This document shows, one piece after another, positions 58,901 to 64,000 of a DNA stretch of 64,000 nt. Numbering within the stretch: the stretch's first letter is position 1; each line of letters begins with the position of its first letter. The DNA is from Macrostomum lignano. Taxonomy: Eukaryota. The translations under genes and the position numbers were made by a program. The stretch spans positions 1 through 64,000 of the forward strand of contig NIVC01000222.1 of assembly GCA_002269645.1 (NCBI GenBank), written 5' to 3'. The notes below the pieces were generated by a model. That model had not been told where the DNA came from. It was given only the letters and a program-made list of their open reading frames with translations, and searched no databases.

Positions 58901-61900
58901 AGACTTCGGTCATGGTCGGCTCCGTTCGAGCGAAACAGATGTGAGGCATGGGCGTCTGTGAGATGCTGCAGACATCGGACTCGACAATGCGCTACAAAGA
59001 AGAGCTGAAGTGAGAGAATGCGCTTCGTTCCTTGAGACATCCTTCATGGTCGGCTCCGTTCGAGCGAAACAGGATGTGGAGGACATGGGCGTCTGTGAGA
59101 TGCTGCAGACATCAGTCGGGTCGGTACGCTACAAGGAAGAGCTTGAAGTAAGAGAGTGCGCATCCTTCCTCGAGACTTCGGTCATGGTCGGCTCCGTTCG
59201 AGCGAAACAGGATGTGGAGGACATGGGCGTCTGTGAGATGCTGCAGACATCGGACTCGACAATGCGCTACAAAGAAGAGCTAGAAGTGAGAGAATGCGCT
59301 TCGTTCCTTGAGACATCCTTCATGGTCGGCTCCGTTCGAGCGAAACAGGATGTGGAGGACATGGGCGTCTGTGAGATGCTGCAGACATCAGTCGGGTCGG
59401 TACGCTACAAGAAGAGCTTGAAGTAAGAGAGTGCGCATCCTTCCTCGAGACTTCGGTCATGGTCGGCTCCGTTCGAGCGAAACAGGATGTGAGGACATGG
59501 GCGTCTGTGAGATGCTGCAGACATCGGACTCGACAATGCGCTACAAAGAAGAGCTGAAGTGAGAGAATGCGCTTCGTTCCTTGAGACATCCTTCATGGTC
59601 GGCTCCGTTCGAGCGAAACAGGATGTGGAGGACATGGGCGTCTGTGAGATGCTGCAGACATCAGTCGGGTCGGTACGCTACAAGGAAGAGCTTGAAGTAA
59701 GAGAGTGCGCATCCTTCCTCGAGACTTCGGTCATGGTCGGCTCCGTTCGAGCGAAACAGGATGTGGAGGACATGGGCGTCTGTGAGATGCTGCAGACATC
59801 GGACTCGACAATGCGCTACAAAGAAGAGCTGAAGTGAGAGAATGCGCTTCGTTCCTTGAGACATCCTTCATGGTCGGCTCCGTTCGAGCGAAACAGGATG
59901 TGGAGGACATGGGCGTCTGTGAGATGCTGCAGACATCGGACTCGACAATGCGCTACAAAGAAGAGCTAGAAGTGAGAGAATGCGCTTCGTTCCTTGAGAC
60001 ATCCTTCATGGTCGGCTCCGTTCGAGCGAAACAGGATGTGGAGGACATGGGCGTCTGTGAGATGCTGCAGACATCAGTCGGGTCGGTACGCTACAAGGAA
60101 GAGCTTGAAGTAAGAGAGTGCGCATCCTTCCTCGAGACTTCGGTCATGGTCGGCTCCGTTCGAGCGAAACAGAAGTAGACATGGGCGTCTGTGAGATGCT
60201 GCAGACATCGGACTCGACAATGCGCTACAAAGAAGAGCTAGAAGTGAGAGAATGCGCTTCGTTCCTTGAGACATCCTTCATGGTCGGCTCCGTTCGAGCG
60301 AAACAGGATGTGGAGGACATGGGCGTCTGTGAGATGCTGCAGACATCAGTCGGGTCGGTACGCTACAAGGAAGAGCTTGAAGTAAGAGAGTGCGCATCCT
60401 TCCTCGAGACTTCGGTCATGGTCGGCTCCGTTCGAGCGAAACAGATGTGGAGGACATGGGCGTCTGTGAGATGCTGCAGACATCGGACTCGACGCGCTAC
60501 AAAGAAGAGCTGAAGTGAGAGAATGCGCTTCGTTCCTTGAGACATCCTTCATGGTCGGCTCCGTTCGAGCGAAACAGGATGTGGAGGACATGGGCGTCTG
60601 TGAGATGCTGCAGACATCAGTCGGGTCGGTACGCTACAAGGAAGAGCTTGAAGTAAGAGAGTGCGCATCCTTCCTCGAGACTTCGGTCATGGTCGGCTCC
60701 GTTCGAGCGAAACAGAAGTGAGGCATGGGCGTCTGTGAGATGCTGCAGACATCGGACTCGACAATGCGCTACAAAGAAGAGCTGAAGTGAGAGAATGCGC
60801 TTCGTTCCTTGAGACATCCTTCATGGTCGGCTCCGTTCGAGCGAAACAGGATGTGGAGGACATGGGCGTCTGTGAGATGCTGCAGACATCAGTCGGGTCG
60901 GTACGCTACAAGGAAGAGCTTGAAGTAAGAGAGTGCGCATCCTTCCTCGAGACTTCGGTCATGGTCGGCTCCGTTCGAGCGAAACAGGATGTGGAGGACA
61001 TGGGCGTCTGTGAGATGCTGCAGACATCGGACTCGACAATGCGCTACAAAGAAGAGCTAGAAGTGAGAGAATGCGCTTCGTTCCTTGAGACATCCTTCAT
61101 GGTCGGCTCCGTTCGAGCGAAACAGGATGTGGAGGACATGGGCGTCTGTGAGATGCTGCAGACATCGGACTCGACAATGCGCTACAAGAAGAGCTAGAAG
61201 TGAGAGAATGCGCTTCGTTCCTTGAGACATCCTTCATGGTCGGCTCCGTTCGAGCGAAACAGGATGTGGAGGACATGGGCGTCTGTGAGATGCTGCAGAC
61301 ATCAGTCGGGTCGGTACGCTACAAGAAGAGCTTGAAGTAAGAGAGTGCGCATCCTTCCTCGAGACTTCGGTCATGGTCGGCTCCGTTCGAGCGAAACAAG
61401 AAGTAGACAGCATGGGCTCTGTGAGATGCTGCAGACATCGGACTCGACAATGCGCTACAAAGAAGAGCTAGAAGTGAGAGAATGCGCTTCGTTCCTTGAG
61501 ACATCCTTCATGGTCGGCTCCGTTCGAGCGAAACAGGATGTGGAGGACATGGGCGTCTGTGAGATGCTGCAGACATCAGTCGGGTCGGTACGCTACAAGG
61601 AAGAGCTTGAAGTAAGAGAGTGCGCATCCTTCCTCGAGACTTCGGTCATGGTCGGCTCCGTTCGAGCGAAACAGGATGTGGAGGACATGGGCGTCTGTGA
61701 GATGCTGCAGACATCGGACTCGACAATGCGCTACAAAGAAGAGCTAGAAGTGAGAGAATGCGCTTCGTTCCTTGAGACATCCTTCATGGTCGGCTCCGTT
61801 CGAGCGAAACAGGATGTGGAGGACATGGGCGTCTGTGAGATGCTGCAGACATCGGACTCGACAATGCGCTACAAAGAAGAGCTAGAAGTGAGAGAATGCG

Positions 61901-64000
61901 CTTCGTTCCTTGAGACATCCTTCATGGTCGGCTCCGTTCGAGCGAAACAGGATGTGGAGGACATGGGCGTCTGTGAGATGCTGCAGACATCAGTCGGGTC
62001 GGTACGCTACAAAGAAGAGCTTGAAGTAAGAGAGTGCGCATCCTTCCTCGAGACTTCGGTCATGGTCGGCTCCGTTCGAGCGAAACAGAAGTAGACGGCA
62101 TGGGCTTCTGTGAGATGCTGCAGACATCGGACTCGACAATGCGCTACAAAGAAGAGCTAGAAGTGAGAGAATGCGCTTCGTTCCTTGAGACATCCTTCAT
62201 GGTCGGCTCCGTTCGAGCGAAACAGGATGTGGAGGACATGGGCGTCTGTGAGATGCTGCAGACATCAGTCGGGTCGGTACGCTACAAAGAAGAGCTTGAA
62301 GTAAGAGAGTGCGCATCCTTCCTCGAGACTTCGGTCATGGTCGGCTCCGTTCGAGCGAAACAGGATGTGGAGGACATGGGCGTCTGTGAGATGCTGCAGA
62401 CATCAGTCGGGTCGGTACGCTACAAGGAAGAGCTTGAAGTAAGAGAGTGCGCATCCTTCCTCGAGACTTCGGTCATGGTCGGCTCCGTTCGAGCGAAACA
62501 GGATGTGGAGGACATGGGCGTCTGTGAGATGCTGCAGACATCGGACTCGACAATGCGCTACAAAGAAGAGCTAGAAGTGAGAGAATGCGCTTCGTTCCTT
62601 GAGACATCCTTCATGGTCGGCTCCGTTCGAGCGAAACAGGATGTGGAGGACATGGGCGTCTGTGAGATGCTGCAGACATCGGACTCGACAATGCGCTACA
62701 AAGAAGAGCTAGAAGTGAGAGAATGCGCTTCGTTCCTTGAGACATCCTTCATGGTCGGCTCCGTTCGAGCGAAACAGGATGTGGAGGACATGGGCGTCTG
62801 TGAGATGCTGCAGACATCAGTCGGGTCGGTACGCTACAAAGAAGAGCTTGGAGTAAGAGAGTGCGCATCCTTCCTCGAGACTTCGGTCATGGTCGGCTCC
62901 GTTCGAGCGAAACAAGAAGTAGACGGCATGGGCTTCTGTGAGATGCTGCAGACATCGGACTCGACAATGCGCTACAAAGAAGAGCTAGAAGTGAGAGAAT
63001 GCGCTTCGTTCCTTGAGACATCCTTCATGGTCGGCTCCGTTCGAGCGAAACAGGATGTGGAGGGCATGGGCGTCTGTGAGATGCTGCAGACATCAGTCGG
63101 GTCGGTACGCTACAAGGAAGAGCTTGAAGTAAGAGAGTGCGCATCCTTCCTCGAGACTTCGGTCATGGTCGGCTCCGTTCGAGCGAAACAGGATGTGGAG
63201 GACATGGGCGTCTATGAGATGCTGCAGACATCGGACTCGACAATGCGCTACAAAGAAGAGCTAGAAGTGAGAGAATGCGCTTCGTTCCTTGAGACATCCT
63301 TCATGGTCGGCTCCGTTCGAGCGAAACAGGATGTGGAGGACATGGGCGTCTGTGAGATGCTGCAGACATCAGTCGGGTCGGTACGCTACAAGGAAGAGCT
63401 TGAAGTGAGAGAATGCGCTTCGTTCCTTGAGACATCCTTCATGGTCGGCTCCGTTCGAGCGAAACAGGATGTGGAGGACATGGGCGTCTGTGAGAAGCTG
63501 CTTACATCAGACGGGTCGGTACGCTACAAGGACGAGCCGAAACTGGAAGCATGCGCCAGCTCGCTCGAGTTCTCTTTCGAGCATGGCTCGGCTCGAGCAG
63601 AAGTTAAAGCTAAGAATTCTTCGGTGTGTGTCGATATGTCGAAGAAAGTGGTTATGATTGGAAATGGAATTAAGGCTTGTTACATACCAAAAGTTGTGTC
63701 ATTTGAAGGTTCGCTTTGTTTTGAATCGGTTGAAGGCTCGTGTGTTTTTGGAAGGAAATACGTGGAATCTTTTGTTAAGGCTCTTCCTGAGCTGCGTGCC
63801 ACGGGTTGTCACAAAGAATCCTTTACCTCCGACGCTGGTATTCGCTGTTGTAATAGCAACAAATTTGGATTTTGCGAAGCGGCTTTAGAGGTCCCTGTTC
63901 GGGATAGTTATGTTTCTGTCCGAGCTATCACTGAAGAAGCCATTGTTAAGGCTAACTATAGAGTGCTCTCAAAGAACAGCGGATCGTTTTGGTTGTTCAA
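31558..64000 (+). CDS. Paralog 2: partial plakin domain plus giant tandem-repeat tail (>6700 aa, runs off the window)
   Basis: Exons 31558(ATG)-31962, 32416-32640, 33226-33372, 34072-34226, 43272-43383, 43485-43635, 44435-44618, 45173-45296, 45382->64000. Intron positions and phases match paralog 1. Confidence 0.78.
32416..32640 (+). CDS. Paralog 2 exon (plakin spectrin repeat)
   Basis: CTTCAG acceptor, AGT|GTGAGT donor; TWEWVTRLGELTQLHLKNSADYQWFY. Confidence 0.85.
33226..33372 (+). CDS. Paralog 2 exon
   Basis: TTCTTCAG acceptor, GAG|GTTTGC donor; DNYSQLLLLSQRTDQLMSKSHSVVPLYRR. Confidence 0.82.
33395..33730. repeat. ~14-bp intronic minisatellite (GGGTCTGCAGTGTG)n
   Basis: Direct tandem with variants. 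Confidence 0.9.
33752..34058. repeat. 18-bp intronic minisatellite (TATGCTCACTATGCATCC)n
   Basis: Direct tandem periodicity. Confidence 0.92.
34072..34226 (+). CDS. Paralog 2 exon (plakin SH3 domain)
   Basis: CCCACCAG acceptor, GT|GTAAGT donor; LDNSNSFNWKVAKADGTVMEVPSICIWLPPPD. Confidence 0.88.
34275..34983 (+). repeat. 5' LTR (709 bp)
   Basis: TGTTGTGCCC...GACACAACA; by eye differs from the 3' LTR only by one C in a homopolymer. Confidence 0.95.
34985..35002 (+). promoter_or_regulatory. Primer-binding site, tRNA-His type
   Basis: TGGTGCCGTGACCAGGAT matches the complement of the eukaryotic tRNA-His 3' end (TGGTGCCGTGACTCGGAT) at 16/18 positions. Confidence 0.75.
35152..36120 (+). CDS. gag: Gag with two zinc knuckles
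   Basis: 322-aa ORF; CGRCLETTHTTQQC and CNYCNRSGHKRARC (CX2CX4HX4C). Confidence 0.92.
   Translation: MANVDDLINALTARVQNNLNVGQRVPRPSKFVLSQDFALWMQQFTAYCEAAEIPEEDRKQHLLSMMDFNSAYRAIANLELPDDLEFDDFVERLSQRFNQHHTPQDSKIELRGRDQKKDESVEDYADALREIVRRAYPNLPVEQRDELARDRFLLGARIADRIREHLLLEEPGTLDAACRRVRQGMASLRTAQSSTEKPWPSANVSASNTQDEAVRLREELKELRAELQVLKAGSGTGVRYHKHPNPQPAQAAAPAQRTFQCGRCLETTHTTQQCRNPIVCNYCNRSGHKRARCFKLQRDQQQTGNGQGTWRQGRPGTHPNQQ
36066..39959 (+). CDS. pol: Pol (protease, RT, RNase H, integrase) in the -1 frame, with one in-frame TAG at 38934-38936
   Basis: LLDSGS (PR); YFDD (RT); DTDAS...ERNY..TRLELLA (RH); H..H..C..C zinc finger, CDIIGP, TDQGSNF, ESFNRTLK (IN); WKGP (GPY/F). ORF 39066-39959 is in the same frame as 36180-38936. 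Confidence 0.92.
40070..40615 (+). CDS. Extra retrotransposon ORF: TatD-family (amidohydrolase barrel) nuclease-like, degenerate active site
   Basis: VVAVGEAELD ~ VVAIGEIGLD; QVRLAKKRDLPLLVRLR ~ Q..LA....LP..IH.R; IPSDRLLVASSAPF ~ IPLDRLL.ETD.PY; PTDVRKAAAWLAE ~ P..V..VA..IA; AREFYNI ~ A.RLF. Motif order and spacing are collinear. The start codon is uncertain (TTG after TAA). Confidence 0.72.
   Translation: MYFGQGWARVVAVGEAELDVQNTAISVEQKMAALELQVRLAKKRDLPLLVRLRERRRSPVEPGGSAWHQFLRLLVASDFANCRILVVESSDWPKDTLSLYLASLPRLKFEVTARVVNSRWHAQRVAAIPSDRLLVASSAPFAGNPGKPTDVRKAAAWLAEERSDGALPGRLAAAAREFYNI
40702..40713 (+). promoter_or_regulatory. Polypurine tract
   Basis: GGAGGGGGAGGG immediately before the 3' LTR. 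Confidence 0.85.
40714..41423 (+). repeat. 3' LTR (710 bp)
   Basis: Direct repeat of 34275-34983. Confidence 0.95.
42210..42320 (-). promoter_or_regulatory. Candidate minus-strand Pol II promoter (CCAAT, CRE, TATA)
   Basis: Minus-strand order: CCAATC (42313-42318), TGACGTCA (42288-42295), TATAAATAGG (~42212-42221). Confidence 0.4.
42495..42683. repeat. 13-bp minisatellite (AATGAGTCATCCC)n
   Basis: Direct tandem; about nine exact TGAGTCA motifs. Confidence 0.9.
43272..43383 (+). CDS. Paralog 2 exon (post-SH3 helix)
   Basis: TTTCTAG acceptor, GTG|GTGAGC donor; phase 2 fits the SH3 exon. Confidence 0.8.
43485..43635 (+). CDS. Paralog 2 exon
   Basis: CCTTATAG acceptor, T|GTGAGT donor; NFLTQLEEA...QLVEAVQAVRDRLV is homologous to 9527-9671. 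Confidence 0.72.
43820..44200. repeat. 15-bp intronic minisatellite (GGGGCTTTAGCACCA)n
   Basis: Same unit as 7270-7782. Confidence 0.95.
44435..44618 (+). CDS. Paralog 2 exon
   Basis: ATTGCAG acceptor, CA|GTGAGT donor; 184 bp as in paralog 1. Confidence 0.8.
44658..45130. repeat. 22-bp intronic minisatellite (CACGCTCCAGTCTGTTTGTGAG)n, ~21 copies
   Basis: Direct tandem periodicity. Confidence 0.95.
45173..45296 (+). CDS. Paralog 2 exon
   Basis: TTTTGCAG acceptor, CAA|GTAAGC donor. Confidence 0.78.
45382..64000 (+). CDS. Paralog 2 giant exon (>18.6 kb, open at the window end), broken by many small deletions
   Basis: The ATCTACAG acceptor is in frame with ORF 45310. Consecutive ORFs 46151-47905, 47902-51264 and fragments share one repeat peptide. 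The frame from ~62100 appears open to 64000 and ends in a region ~98% identical to paralog 1. Confidence 0.72.
47000..63520 (+). repeat. Coding tandem array: mixed 57/46-aa units, then ~100 copies of a 138-bp (46-aa) unit in two alternating variants
   Basis: 57-aa VRYKEEPKLDECFTFSETTFLEGAIRVETLVKEASVQVEQSVDGMGVCEMLLTSDGS; 46-aa (M/V)RYKEELEVRECASFLETS(F/V)MVGSVRAKQDVEDMGVCEMLQTS(DST/VGS). Confidence 0.95.

Overview
Eukaryotic (metazoan) genomic DNA. Nearly every intron holds its own minisatellite, which suggests a macrostomid-type flatworm (inference only). Contents: (1) a nucleoplasmin-like gene on the minus strand (~782-1762). (2) Two tandem plus-strand paralogs of an unusual gene (~5346-24810 and ~31545->64000). 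Each has 8 small exons encoding a partial plakin domain (spectrin-repeat/SH3 segment, no CH domain seen), then one giant exon (11.3 kb and >18.6 kb) built from 57-aa and 46-aa tandem repeats rich in TQT/IQV/VQV-type motifs. (3) A very young, full-length Ty3/Gypsy LTR retrotransposon (34275-41423) in an intron of paralog 2. It has near-identical LTRs, a CTTA TSD, a tRNA-His-type PBS, a -1 gag-pol slippery site and one stop in integrase. Between pol and the 3' LTR it carries an extra ORF that aligns by eye to the C-terminal two thirds of a TatD nuclease with most metal ligands replaced; this is the top finding. (4) Between the paralogs: a deleted mariner, a non-LTR RNase H relic, a tRNA-headed SINE and a 71-bp array with inverted flanks. 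Many one-base-loss frameshifts in the repeat exons look like long-read consensus errors. All homologies were recognised by eye; no database search was run.
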